A DNA stretch of 64,000 nt from Squalus acanthias. Taxonomy: Eukaryota. Positions 36,738 to 50,589 of the stretch are shown one piece after another. How positions within the stretch are numbered: position 1 is the stretch's first letter; each line of letters opens with the position of its first letter. The position numbers were made by a program, and so were the translations under genes. A model generated the notes under the pieces. It was given only the letters and a program-made list of their open reading frames with translations. It ran no database searches and had not been told where the DNA came from. The stretch covers positions 129,892,001 to 129,956,000 of the forward strand of contig CM059431.1 of the NCBI GenBank assembly GCA_030390025.1, written 5' to 3'.

Positions 36738-37060
36738 GCCCTGGCTGGAGAGTCTAGAACTAAGGGGCATAGTCTCAGGATAAGGGTTGGCCATTTAAGA
36801 CTGAAACAAGGAGGAATTTCTTCACTGAGGGTTGTGAATCTTGGAACTCTCTACCCCAAAGGGCTGTGGATGCTGAATCGTTGAATATATTCAAGGCTGA
36901 GAGATAGATTTTTTGACTCTAGGGGAATCAAGGGATATGGAGCTCAGGCGGGAAAGTGGAGTTGAGGTCGAAGATCAGCCATGATCTTATTGAATGTCTG
37001 ATCAGGCTCGAGGGGCCGTATGGCTTGCTTCTGCTCCTAATTCTTAGGTTCTTATATTCT
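36738..37060 (+). mobile_element. CR1 3' fragment
   Basis: CCCTGGCTGGAGAGTCTAGAAC through the 3' UTR and TTCTTA tail. Confidence 0.88.
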
Positions 37061-38544
37061 TGAAAGTTACGGTCCCGATCAGATGCGACAGATTGTGACA
37101 CAAAATTTGGAGGCCCTATTTCCAGGCCCAAAATGGGCAGTCGTAAGTTGAATTTCTCCTCCCATATTCCACAATTATCTGCACTTTTCCACAGAAATTG
37201 TGAGTCATAACCTAATGAGATTTAACATTATGATGCTATTTATATTTGCATATGGCTCAAGTTCAGCTTCTCTGGTTAGCAGACAGTACGTAGTAAATAA
37301 AATGTGTATTACCTAGATTATACTGGCTGATTATATCTGACTTTTTCTGAATCTCAGCATTATTGAGCATGCGTAGGTACATACATAATGCATGACTCAG
37401 TAGCGTAGATTTAGCGAGTCCTTGCCTACGGTGAGCTCACTGTCACCTTCAGGCGTTGGTTTTTGCCTCTATTCTGAGAGCATTAGTGAGGCTGTCATGG
37501 AGACCCACAGAATAAAGGTCAGGCACTTTCCACTGGCAACCTTCTTAAGTAATTTTTAAGCATGTCTTAGTAATTGCCGATTTCGGACCATTAGTAAAGT
37601 CTTGTGATTAGGCTGTCTAACTATCTTGGCCAAGGTATGGTGCATGGCATAAACAGCTGACCTGAAAGGTGACAACCAAGGTAATATCAAAGAACATGCA
37701 CCAAAAGTGCATTATATATATTAACTTTTACGACATGACAGAGTGTTGGGCTTTTATAGGATGTTGCCATATATCCCTATATGTGGAGGTAATATAGGAT
37801 ATTGCCATCCTTGACCTCTAATACAAGTTCGAGGACTATGAAACACTGAGACGTCTGGTTAATACTCTTTATTAAATCAAGTCAATGAGCGAATAAAACA
37901 CAACCCCTTTATATGCAGTGTACATGAGATAAGGTACCGATTAGAGCTAACCTACCAAGAACTCCTGAGGACATCACAAGCGTGTCATCTTGATTGCTTG
38001 CGCTAGCTTCAGCAAGACTAGCTTTGTCCCCAAGGAGCTCCAGTGTGTTGTATCTATTACAGATTTAGTTACGTAGGACAAATGTGGGGACAATATGTCA
38101 TCACTTTCTGTGTGTATACTGTTGATACGTAAGCTTTCTTAGTGGCAAGGTTAGCTGCCATCATTTGTTATGCAGCCCATTAATGGCTTAGATTGTTTAT
38201 TAAACCCCGGACATGCTACACGAGAGCTCATTAGTTCTCTGCAACATTCAAAATCTTATCTCTTCCCAGTAAATCCATAATACAAGCCTGTTCATACCAG
38301 GCTACTCCCCGTCAGTCTCCTTGACTGCTTTGCTAGATACCTACTCTCTTCCCATAGACAGCTAATGAGGTAATCTCTCCTATATTCCAGGCCTGACCAT
38401 GTATAACCATTGCAGAATGAGGAAAGCTTACTATGGCTCGTCTACCTAGTACATTTATATTTACACAAAGGTCATTTTTCCGGTGGGCATTCTCTCTGGA
38501 TGATGCTCCCTGCTGCGAGTTCAGTCAGAAAATTACCCCTCATA

Positions 38545-41500
38545 TCTTGGCATAAAGAGGGAGCTGTTCTATCGGGACGGGCTTCACTTAAACCAGGCTG
38601 GGACCAGCGTCCTGGCGAATCGAATAACTAGGGCTGTAGATAGGGCTTTAAACTAAAAACAAAAAGTGGGGGAGGGGGTCAGGTGAGGGGAAATTTAAAG
38701 AGAAAGGTCAAGGCAATAGAGCAGTCTAGCAATTTGGATAAAAATAAGCAGAGTGTGACAGGAAGGGACAGAGAGTTTGATGGTAGCTATGCAGCAGAGA
38801 ATAAGGTCAAAGCAGGGAATAATGGTAAAATATTTAAATTAAAGGCTCTTTATGTGAATGCACGAAGCATTCGTAACAAGATAGATGAACTAGTGGCACA
38901 AATAGAGATAAATAGGTTTGATGTAATAGCCATTACAGAGACGTGGTTGCAAGGTGACCAAGGTTGGGAACTAAATGTTCCAGGGGTACTTGACGTTTCG
39001 AAAAGACAGGCAGAATGGAAAAGGAGAGGGAGTAGCCCTGATAATAAAGGATGACATAAGGATAGTAGCGAGAAAGGATCTTGGCTCGGAAGATCAGGAA
39101 GTTGAATCAGTATGGGTAGAGATAAGGAATAACAAGGGCAGAAAACACTGGTAGGAGTAGTATATAGGCCCCCTAACAGTAGCTATACCGTTGGACAGAA
39201 TATTAATCAAGAAATAGGAGGAGCTTGCAACAAAGGTAATGCAATAATCTTGGGGGACTTTAATCTTCATCTAGACTGGACAAATCAATTTGGCAAAGGT
39301 AGCCTGGAGGATGAGTTCATGGAATGCATTCGGGACAGTTTCGTGGAACAATATGTCATGGAACCAACCAGGGAACATGCTATTCTAGATCTTGTATTGT
39401 GTAATGGGACAGGATTAATTAGCAATCTCATAGTAAAGGATCCTCTGGGGCAGAGTAATCATAATATAATAGAATTTCACATTAATTTTGAGAGTGACTT
39501 GCCTAAGTCCAAAACTCGAGTCTTAAACTTAAATAAAGCCAATTACATAGGTATGAGGGGAGAGTTGGCTAAGGTAGATTGGAAAAATAGATTAAAAGGT
39601 ATGGCGGTAGATAAGTAGTGGCTAGCATTTAAAGAAATATTTCAGAATTCTCAACAAAAATAGATTTCCATTGAGAAACAAAAACTCCACGGGAAAAGTG
39701 ATCAAACCGCAACTAACTAAAAAAAGTTAACGATAGCATTAGATTGAAAGAAGAAGCTTATAATGTTGCAAAGAATCATAGTAAGCCTGAGGATTGGGAG
39801 AGTTTCAGAAACCAGCAAAGGTTGACCAAAACATTGATGATAAGGGAAAAAATAGAATGAGAAAACTAGCAAGAAATATAAAATCAGATTGTAAGAGCTT
39901 CTACAAGTATGTAAAAAAGAGTAGCAAAAGTAAACATTGATCCCTTAGAGTCTGAGACAGGAGAAATTATTATGGGGAATAAGGAAATGGCAGAAATGTT
40001 AAACAAATATTTTGTATCTGTCTTCACAGTAGAAGACACAAAAAGCATACTAAAAATGGTGGGGAACCAAGGGTCTAATGAGGGTGAGGCACTTACCTAA
40101 TTAATATAAGTAGAGAAAAAGTACGAGAGAAACTAATGGGACTAAAAGCTGACAAATCCCCTGGACCTGACAACCTACATCCTAGGGTTCTAAAAGAGGT
40201 GGCTGAAGAGATAGTGGATGCATTGGTTTTGATCTTCCAAAATTCCCTAGATTCTCGAATGGTCCCAGCGGATTGGAAGGTCGCAAATGTAACACCACTA
40301 TTCAAGAAAGGAGGGAGAGAAAAAACAGGGAACTACAGGCCAGTTAGCCTGACAGTAGTCGTCGGAAAAATGCTTGAATCCATTGTTAAGGAAGTGGTAT
40401 CAAGTCACTTAGAAAATCATAACATGACTAGGCAGAGTTTTATGAAAGGGAAATCATGTTTGACAAATTTATTAGAGGTTTTTTGAAGATGTAACTAGCA
40501 GGGTAGATAAAGGGGAACCAGTGGAGGTAGTATATTTGGATTTCCAAAAGGCATTCAATAAGGTGCCACATAAAAGGTTATGACACAAGATTAGGGCTCA
40601 TGGGGTTGGGGGTAATATAGTAGCATGGATAGAGGATTGGTTAACGGACAGAAAACAGAGAGTAGGGATAAATTGATCTTTTTCAGGTTGGCAGGCTGTA
40701 ACTAGTGGGGTGCCGCAAGGATCAGTGTTGGGGCCTCAGGTATTTACAATCTATATTAATGACCTAGATGAAGGGACCGAGTTTAATGTATCCAAGTTTG
40801 CTGATGATACAAAGCGAGGTGGGACAGTAAGCTGTGAGGAGAACACAGAGTCTGCAAAGGGATATAGATAGACTGTGAGTGGGCAGTAAGGTGGCAGATG
40901 GAATATAATGTAGGGAAATATGAGGTTATTCACTTTGGTAGGAAGAATAGAAAAACAGAATATTTTTTAAATGGTGAGAAACTTTCAAATGTTGTTCAGA
41001 GAGATTTGGGTGTCCTCGTGTAAGAAACACAAAGCTAGCATGCAGATACAGCAATCAATAAGGAAGGCAAATGGCATGTTGGCCTTTATTTCAAGGGGGT
41101 TGGAGTATAAGCGTAAGGAAGTCTTGCTACAATTGTACAGGGCCTTGGTGAGACCACACCTGGAGTACTGTGCACAGTTTTGGTCTCCTTATCTGAGGAA
41201 GGATATACTTGCCTTGGAGGCAGTGCAATGAAGGTTCACTAGATTGATTCCTGGGATGAGAGGGGATTGACAGGGTAGATGCTGAGAGGTTGTTTCCCCT
41301 GGCTGGAGTGTCTAGAACTAGGGGGCACAGTCTCAGGATAAGGGGTAGGCCATTTAAGACTGAGATGAGGAGGAATTTCTTCACTCAGAGGGTTGTGAAT
41401 CTTTAAAATTCTCTACCCCAGAGGACTGTGAATGCTGAGTCTTTGAGTATATTCAAGGCTGAGATAGACAGATTTTTGGACTCTAGGGGAATTGAGGGAT

Positions 41501-41605
41501 ATGGAGATCGTGGAGTTGAGGTCGATGATCAGCCATGATCTTATTGAATGGCAGAGCAGGCTCGAGGGGCCGTATGGCCTATCCTGCTCTTATTTCTTAT
41601 GTTTT
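38545..41605 (+). mobile_element. Long CR1 copy: ORF1 C-terminus plus decayed ORF2
   Basis: ORF1 end ELFYRDGLHLNQAGTSVLANRITRAVDRALN* (esterase-like DxxH); EN YVNARSIRNK/ITETW; RT motifs; internal deletion near 41258; 3' UTR. Confidence 0.93.
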
Positions 41606-42094
41606 TAATAGAACTAAATATCTGCTTGAAAAAAATTATTTTAGGTAAATATTATTTGTTGGCTTCACTATGACGTTTTGTGTACATTAATTTAATGTAT
41701 CATCACTGGGTTGATGTTAACCAAGGAGATCTCCTTGGAAACAGTGCACTCCATATCATTGGTGCCGATGTGTTCAGTCTGAGTTTGTTTATAGAACCTG
41801 TTAGCTCTTTGGAGAGTTTCATATAGACTCAATTCCATATTGGCCGCTATAGCAAATTTAAACTGGAACAGCTGTTACTTTGTTAAACTGAAAGCCTTTC
41901 CAATGTGATTTTGTGTTCTTTTTAATAAAACTTTTTTTTTAAAAAGCTTCAAAGTTGTAACTTGGAGGCCATCAAGTAGTGAATGAGTGATGTGGGATAC
42001 TAACAAGTGGTATAACATTTGATGAAAGGACTATGTTCTTTCGGTTTAAGTTCAGGTACATTTTACTATCATATATAACACCCTCTACTACAAC

Positions 42095-42250
42095 AACAGC
42101 TTGCATTTACGTAACACTTTTAATGTTGTAAAATGTCCCAAGGCGCTTCACAGAAGTGTTATAAAACAAACTTTGACACCGAGCCACACAAGGAGATATT
42201 AGGGCAGATGACCAAAAGCTTGTCAAAGAGTGAGGTTTTAAGGAGCAGAT
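42095..42250 (-). mobile_element. L2-like LINE 3' terminal fragment
   Basis: CTTGCATTTA...GTCCCAAGGCGCTTCACAG, reverse complement of the tail type seen on the Deu-SINE at ~3770-3820. Confidence 0.6.
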
Positions 42251-42654
42251 CAAAGCAGTCAATTTGAAGCCAATTAAAAAGTATACCAAGAGCATTAAAT
42301 CAGTCAGCTGAAGAATGGCTCATTTTCTGGCAATCCCACTCCTCTTTTAAATACTGGAGAACGCGCTGTTCCAGTTGTGAATCCATTACGTTTGATTACG
42401 CTGCTTGATTGCGCTGATTCAGCGGAGATTTTACGTTTTGGCTTCTGCTAATGAGTTTGGGCGGAAACTTGAGCATAACTTAATGTCGGCAAAACCGGCG
42501 CAGTGTCCAACACATTTTGCTGATTGTGCCCCAGCAAACACTCCATGTCTTAATAACTAAAGGGGTTTTAATGGTAGTATGGTGCAGCTTATTGGTCGAC
42601 TGGCAAACTGTGACATAGAGTGGTGGGGCATGAGGTTGCGATCTTAGTTACATT

Positions 42655-43396
42655 GGCCCAAAAATTCGGCCGAATACGGGAGAGTACCCGCGGCGTACTC
42701 ACCCGTATTTGGTCCCGAAGTGCCGGTTTCCTGCATGCACGGGAAACCGGCACTTCCGGTATGGTGAAGGGGGCGGTTCCTAAGTGAACCGCGTGCGCAC
42801 TACAGGCTGTGCGCACGCAGCACACTTAGGTTTTTTTTCAGGTAAGAACGCGAGGGTAACTATGGAAGATTTTACACAAGAAAAAAGGAGGCGTAAGACC
42901 CCCTTTTAACAAGGTAAGTAGTTAATTAAGTATTTTAAATTTTTTTCAACAGGTTTATCTTTTTTAGAGACTTTAAAGAAAGGTAAGATAACTTTTAAAA
43001 AGAATTTAAATTTTTTCAAAAATTTTAATTTTTGTTTAAAGTGGTTAATTTATTTAACTATAGTTATTTTATTAATGTGATGGGTTTTTAAAAATTTTTA
43101 TTTGAGGTTTAGCTGTTCTTTTGGGGGCAATTTGTATTCATAGATTTGACAGGTCTCCTGTCAAATCTATGAATGAAAGATGGTGTGCTGCCATTGGCTC
43201 TCCATGGACCACGTGATCCCAGAGGTCGCATCACACTAACTGCGCCTCTGGGACACGCACACACTGCGCGCCGGCACCAGGGAGAGGCCCAGGACCCGAA
43301 GTTCGTGTGGGCCCGAAACACAACGGCAGGCGCGGTAGGTAAAATCGCGCGCGATCCTTACCCCCGCGGCAAGCCTCCGAGTCAAATTTCTGGGCC
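42655..43396. mobile_element. MITE family A, copy 3 (inverted relative to copies 1 and 2)
   Basis: TIRs GGCCCAAAAATT / AATTTCTGGGCC; TSD ATT at 42652-42654 and 43397-43399. Confidence 0.9.
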
Positions 43397-46300
43397 ATTG
43401 TTTCAGAAAAGCACAGTGTGGAGGGAGAATAAATTGGAGGGAGAGTTGTCCCAGGTTGGCTGTTGTGCATCTCTTGGTAGCCAGTTGAGAAAAACATTAG
43501 TTGTACTGAGGGAGCAGACTGTCTGCCATGCCGCAAGAAGACCAGCAATAATTATACGAGGAATCTAGAGTGTGTGGGGTTTTTGTTGGTTACTTTTTTT
43601 TTTGAGTAGACCAGTGCCTACGCTGATGTGTTGTACTAATGTGCTGACAACCAGTCATTTTACTGGATATCTATGAGCATATTACAAGACCTTAATTGAG
43701 AGGATTGAAAATGATAATAAACCACAAGAGAAAAACTCAAGGATTCTGTTGATCTAAATAGGAAGATTGGTTCTTAAATCCACTGTGCTGTAGAGGCGCC
43801 TAATCGTGAACATTTTCCACTGCTAGTGTTTTAATAAACTAATCAGAAGTTAATTTTCTCCCTCAATTAGATCTGAGTCATGTACCATCCTTGGCTTCAA
43901 GGGCATCTTTCTGGGCACCCACAAGCACTGCTTTGAAACAGGATACCAGGCGATGAATGAGACCCTTGGATTCTTATTAATCTTTTTACTATTAATCAAA
44001 CATAATAAGTAAAGCAGAATAGTTATTTTTCTAAATTTTCCTGCTCCATTCTTTTAGTGAGCAACACATATTTTTTAATGTTTTGCCACCATTTTTCTTC
44101 TTCCATTTCCCCATGCCCTGTCATCCCCTTGTATCTACAAAATTCCTGGTTGGTGGGAGGACCACGTCGGTCAACATCTTTCATATGTTGCCAAATCCAC
44201 TCCTTCACTGACCTGCCAGGAGTGTTGTGAGCAACAGCTTCTGCATCAGCCTTACCCTTTGTCTCTGGGATATTTCCTCCGAAAAGGCAAAACTCATCAA
44301 AGATGAAGTACGAGTGTGATTGCCATTCAGCACAGCATTTGAATTCAAATCTTCAAATTAGAAGTCCAACACTCTACTGTTGGATACCAGACCAGGTAGT
44401 ATTTTTAATGTTTAAAATGTGTTCTTGTGTATGTGTTGGATGTCTTGTCAACAGAAAGAAAACAGAAATTAATGACATTTTATGACACTTGTTGCTTTCT
44501 TCAGATGAAAGCAGTGTTTCTTGTGGTACTTAGCCTGTGTGTATGTATACATTAAATATAATCATTTAAAACTGTGCTGTAGCAATTGAAATAGTGACAA
44601 CTCAATAGCCAAAGCTGATATTCAAATTTTAAGAAAACATTGTAAAGTGATTTGATGATAAAATGAATTAATCAGCAGAAATTTACCCTGATGAAAATTC
44701 ATTTATACAGAAAAATGAAAATTAAACATTGGCAGCTCGATTTGAAATTGTCAGTTAATTGAAATATTCCCCATTACAGTGTTTTATGGTTGTGCAGCTA
44801 TTCTTCCAACATATTTAGTATTTGAATTCCACGGAACCTGACACATTCAGGCTCTTAATACCGCTGAGCTTGCAGTACCACTTTTTTAAGTGTCTTGTCC
44901 TATTCGATGCCCATAGCTGTAATATATCCCTTTTCCTTCTGATTTTTCCTTGTTTTATTTTTGACTTAACCCCCGTCCCCCTCATCCACATACCATTCCT
45001 TGGTTGAGATGGTGAGCATGTCACCTGTGCTCAGGGCTTTGCCAATGCTGCCTTGTCACTGGTCTCGCATGCTTAATTTACAGCAAATTGGATCTGAACT
45101 GATGAATAAAATCTGAATAATTAGGTTCCCGTTTGCAATTATACATTTGAGTGAAATTAAAACTGAACAAACTAACTCTTTTGGATGGTTTTAAAAACTC
45201 AGGAGAAAGATTGATAACTTTGTACATTATGGAAAAGTCAAAAGCAAGTTTGAAGTAAACCAGATCCTGGTCACTGTCAGCTTTTCATTCCTCTGAAGTG
45301 CTCCTGTTTATGCCCTTACTGTAATTAAGTGTATTTTATGCAACTTACCTTCAAATATAACTCATGCTGTTGCATGAATAAAATGTGTACAAATATGCAT
45401 CTATTTTTAAGAAAACTTCATAATTCTATAAACAACATCTTGTTTAAAATTGTTTCAATTCTAGTTAAGTCAGGCCCTTTGACTTTAACAGTGCCATTTC
45501 ACCAGTAGCATTGAGAAACTCAAATACCAGAGTTTCAAAGTCAGCCATGCAGTTATTGGAAAGGTTGATTCACACTCCAGATTTATTTTTTCTCTTGTGG
45601 GAAATTGGCAGGTCTCTGTTGAATGTCTTTCTATCATGGAAAATATGAAACTAGGAAGTCAATACTTGATGAAACCCTATCACTCTATGGCAGAGTACAC
45701 TGGGGTTTCAAATTGTTGTTCTCGTAGCTCAGAGTGACAGATAAATGTGAACTATCCAAAAGTTTTCCTGGAGCTATTAGAAAGTTGACATACTGTACAT
45801 ACTTAGAAGCTACTTATTTCTGTGTACTGTTTCTGGAATGAATGCATAATAATGAAAAGGATGTTTCATGATGGGAGCAAGTCCTGATAAAAATGTGTTT
45901 CTTTTGTTAGTATTACTTTGACAAATTGAGCTTGATTTAACAAGAATTTTGCAATTAGGTTTCATTGCACCGAACCTGAATATTTAACTTTTAAGTTTTT
46001 GTTAGAAGAATGATTCAAAGTGGGCACTCATAAATTTAGTAACATAAGCAACCTGAGTCTATTTGCCATACAGTCTGAAAGAAAGAAATATAACTTTGGT
46101 ACTGCTTCAAATGAAAAAAATATGCCAGTAAATTCATTATAACTGAGTTTATCTGTGTCTAATCATACCTTCTTAAAACTGTCATTATTGATTCAAGCAA
46201 CAATGATTGTACAAGAATATAACAGTTCAGCAAAGGATGAGATCATAAAGTCAAGCTCTTCAATCAGGCAGGCTAGACTCAGTTTCATAGTTCTGTGCAA

Positions 46301-46603
46301 CCACATTTTTTATTACTAGACTGGAATCTTTACAGAACAAAATCACTTTGGTCATGATAATCGTTGTGTCAGGAGTTGGCTGGTGTCGAGTGGTGGATAC
46401 TTTGTGTTTGTGGGAGTCCCTTATGGCAGTAGTAGGTGCTGCTTAACTCATGTATTGGTTATTTTAATTTTAAACTGTAGATTTGAAGAATCTTAATTGT
46501 TGGACACCTCAGTGTTTGAATTTATTCTGTTTATTGCAAATATGTACTTATCAAGACTTGGCAACATTTGATAAAATAATATGACCATGTTTCAATCAAC
46601 AAT

Positions 46604-49590
46604 TAATCAAGGAGCTATAGTAGGAGGTGATGCACAGCCAAATATAGAGGAAAAAACAAGTCAGCCTGGAAGGCAGAGCAAATATGTAACGGCACAAGGG
46701 AGTATGGCAAGGCTGGTTGGCATTTATTTTAATGCAAGGAGTCTTACGAGTAAGGCAGATGAATTGAAGTTGTTGATGAACACATGGGAGTATGATATTG
46801 TTGCTATCATAGAGACATGGTTGAGGGAGGGGCAGGACTGGCAGCTCAATATTCCGGGGTATAGAATCTTCAGGCGAGACAGAGGGGGGTGTAAAAGAGG
46901 AGGGAGTGTCGCAATATTAATCAAGGAGTCAATTACTGCTGTAAGGAAGGATGATATCTTAGCAGGTTCCTCTAATGAGGCCATATGGGTAGAACTTAAA
47001 AACAAAAAGGGGCAAACACTTTGCTGGGAGTGTACTATAGGCCCCCAAACAGTCAGGGGGAGATAGAGGAACAGATATGTAGGCAAATCTCAGAGAAGTG
47101 TAGAAATAATAGAGTAATAATAGTAGGGGATTTTAACTTCCCCAATATTAACTGGGATAGTCAGAGTGTGAAAGGCTTAGAGGGTGCGGAATTCTTAAAG
47201 TGCATCCAGGAGAGCATGTTGAGCCAGCATATAGAAAGTCCTACAAGAGAGGGGGCGGTATTGGACCTAATTCTAGGGAATGTGGCCGGGCAAGTGGTAG
47301 AAGTGTCAGTAGGAGAGCATTTTGGTGACAGTGACCATAATTCGGTGAGATTTAAGGTAGTCATGGAAAAGAACAAAGATGGACTGGAAATAAAGGTTCT
47401 AAATTGGGGGAAGGCCGATTTTAATATGATAAGGCAGGATCTGGCCAAAGTGGACTGGGATCAGCTACTTGTCGGAAAATCCACATCAGAGCAGTGGGAG
47501 TCATTCAGAAAGGAAATAGAGAAAGTACAGTGCCAGCATGTTCCCGTAAAGGTCAAGGGTGGGACCAACAAGTCCAGGGAACCCTGGATGTCAAGGGATA
47601 TATAAGAATGGATTAGGAAAAAAAGGGAGGCTTTTGGCAGATACAAAGGACTAAAAACAGTGGAAGCCCTAGAGGAGTATAGAAAGTGCAGGGGGGTACT
47701 TAAAAAAGAAATTAGGAGAGCGAAGAGGGGGCATGAAAAAACACTGGCGGGCAAAATAAAGGAAAATCCCAAGGTATTTTATAAGTATATAAAGGGCAAG
47801 AGGATAACCAGGGAAAGAGCAGGGTCCATTAGGGACCATAGTGGCAATCTGTGTGTAGAGCCGGAAGATGAGGTTTTAAATGAATATTTTGCATCTGTGT
47901 TCACTATGGAGAAGGGTGATGTAGGCATAGAAATCAGGCAGGGAGATTGTGATATACTTGAACAAATTAGCATTGAGAGGTAGGAGGTACTAGCGGTTTT
48001 AGTTGGCTTAAAAGTGGATAAATCCCCAGGCCCAGACGAGATGTATCCCAGGCTGCTGTGTGAGGCAAGGGAGGAGATTGCAGGGCTCTGACACACATTT
48101 TCAGAACCTCTCTGGCCACAGGGGAGGTGCCAGAGGACTGGAGGACAGCTGACGCAGTACCATTATTCCAAAAGGGTAGTAGGGATAAACCAGGGAATTA
48201 CAGGCCAGTGAGCCTAACATCAGTGGTAGGGAAATTATTGGAAAAAATTCTGAGGGACAGAATTAGTCTCCACTTAGAGAGGCAAGGATTAATCAAGGAT
48301 AGCCAGCATGGCTTTGTCAGGGGGAGATCATGTCTAACCAATTTGATTGAATTTTTCGAGGGGGTGACTATGTGTGTGGATGAGGGTAGTGCAGTTGATG
48401 TAGTCTACATGGACTTCAGTAAGGCTTTTGACAAAGTCCCGCATGGGAGACTGGTCAAGAAGGTAAGAGCCCATGGGATCCAGGGCAATTTGGCACATTG
48501 GATCCAAAATTGGCTTTGTGGCAGGAGGCAGAGGGTGATGGTCGAAGGTTGTTTTTGTGACTGGAAGCCTGTGTCCAGTGGTGTACCGCAGGGATCGGTG
48601 CTGGGTCCCTTGCTTTTTGTAGTGTACATTAATGATTTAGATATGAATGTAGGAGGTATGATCAGTAAGTTCGCAAATGACACGGAAATTGGTGGAGTGG
48701 TAAATAGCGAGGAGGGAAGCCTCAGGCTACAGGACGATATAGACTGGTTGGTCAGATGGGCAGAACAGTGGCAAATGGAATTTAACCATGAAAAGTGTGA
48801 GGTGATGCATTTTGGGAGGACAAGCAAGGCAAGGGAATACACAATGAATGGTAGGACCCTGGGAAGGACAGAGGATCAGAGGGACCTTGGTGTGCATGTA
48901 CATAGATCCCTGAAGGCAGCAGGACAGGCAGATAAGGTGGTTAAGAAGGCATATGGGATACTTGCCTTCATTAGCCGAGGCATAGAATATAAGAGCAGGG
49001 AGGTTATGATGGAGCTGTACAAAACGCTAGTTACGCCACAGCTGGAATACTGTGTTCAGTTCTGGTCGCCACACTATAGGAAGGATGTGATTGCATTCGA
49101 GAGGGTGCAGAGGAGATTCACCAGGATGTTACATGGGCTGGAGCGTTTCAGCTATGAAGAGAGACTGGACAGGCTGGGGTTGTTTTCCTTAGAGCAGAGA
49201 AGGCTGAGGGGGGACCTGATTGAGGTGTACAAAATTATGAGGGGCATCGATAGGGTAGATAGAAAGGAACTTTTCCCCTTAGTAGAAGGGTCAATAACCA
49301 GGGGGCATAGTTTCAAGGTAAGGGGCAGGAGGTTTAGAGGGGATTTGAGGAAAAACTTTTTCACCCAGAGGGTGGTTGGAATCTGGAACTCACTGCCTGA
49401 AAGAGTGGTAGAGGCAGGAACCCTCACAACATTCAAGAAGCATTTAGATGAGCACTTGAAACGCCCTAGCATACAAGGCTATGGACCAAGTGCTGGAAAA
49501 TGGGATTAGAATAGACAGGGCTTGATGGCCGGCGCGGACACGATGGGCTGAAGGGCCTCTTTATGTGCTCTATAACTCTATGACTCTATA
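46604..49590 (+). mobile_element. CR1 LINE, nearly complete ORF2, relatively young
   Basis: EN (FNARSL, IETWL, GDFNFP, SDH), linker and a 460-aa open RT/C-terminal stretch 48127..49509; few frameshifts; (CTCTATGA/A)-type tail. Confidence 0.95.
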
Positions 49591-50589
49591 ACAATCATCA
49601 GCAATGTAACACTAGGGAGAAATGTATCTCCTTACATTGTCCTATAAATGGTGGCACTCATAGATCGCTTGGTCCACTTTCGATGGCTCTATCTTTATCG
49701 TTTTGGAGCTGAGCCTAGATACTTTTGAAGTCATTGCATTTCCTTACAGGTTTGTGACTTACATATGATGGAGGAAAGCCCTTTTAGGCATGCAGTGGTA
49801 TCTGACAGGAAAATAAAGAGGAATCATTTATCTGGTCAGTGATTTTTTTTTGTGTAGCTATGGACTCAGTCATTTATATGCATCATTATTTATAACTTTG
49901 ACTTTTTTTCTACTTGTGGTTTTCCCAAGGTAAACTACAGTTTGTGTAACACGGCAATGCACTGGAGACTCATGTCAGTTGTTTATACTTGTCTAAATTG
50001 TCTTGTTAAACTAATCTAAACAAGTTAATCTGAATAAAATGTTGCAAGGATTGGTTTGTATTTGGTTCTGATTATAGAAAAAAAGGTTGAGCATATAGTT
50101 TAATAGAAAAATTCACTTTACTTACTGATATTACTGTTGTAAGTATATAAGTTTGGTGTAGTGCAGTTTTGGGATTAATTTGGACCAATTTTTGCTTCAA
50201 CCCACCTAAAATTCTGGTGATCTGAATCTGAAGTGAAAGGAACAAAGTTCATTAATGAACGAGGGGAAGAGTACCTCTTGCATGAATTCTATACAAATCC
50301 ATGGACTTGGATTAGGGAACTGTTTGCCTTTGACACATAGCCACTTCGCACCATGGTGAACTGATGTATAGCCAGACAACTTGTGACCATCCGACTTGAA
50401 TCTCACCACTGTATGTACTTGCACAACAGCCCCATGGGTAACTGAGTTGTAAGAAGTTAGAGAGAAGGTGTGAGGGGAAGCTTTCACCGGGCTCATGGAG
50501 AATGCAGGAGGTTAGTTAGGAGTTATTTTGCTTAAATCTGTAAAGGCGACCCATTGATGTGGGGAAGCATAGCATGTTAATTAATATAG

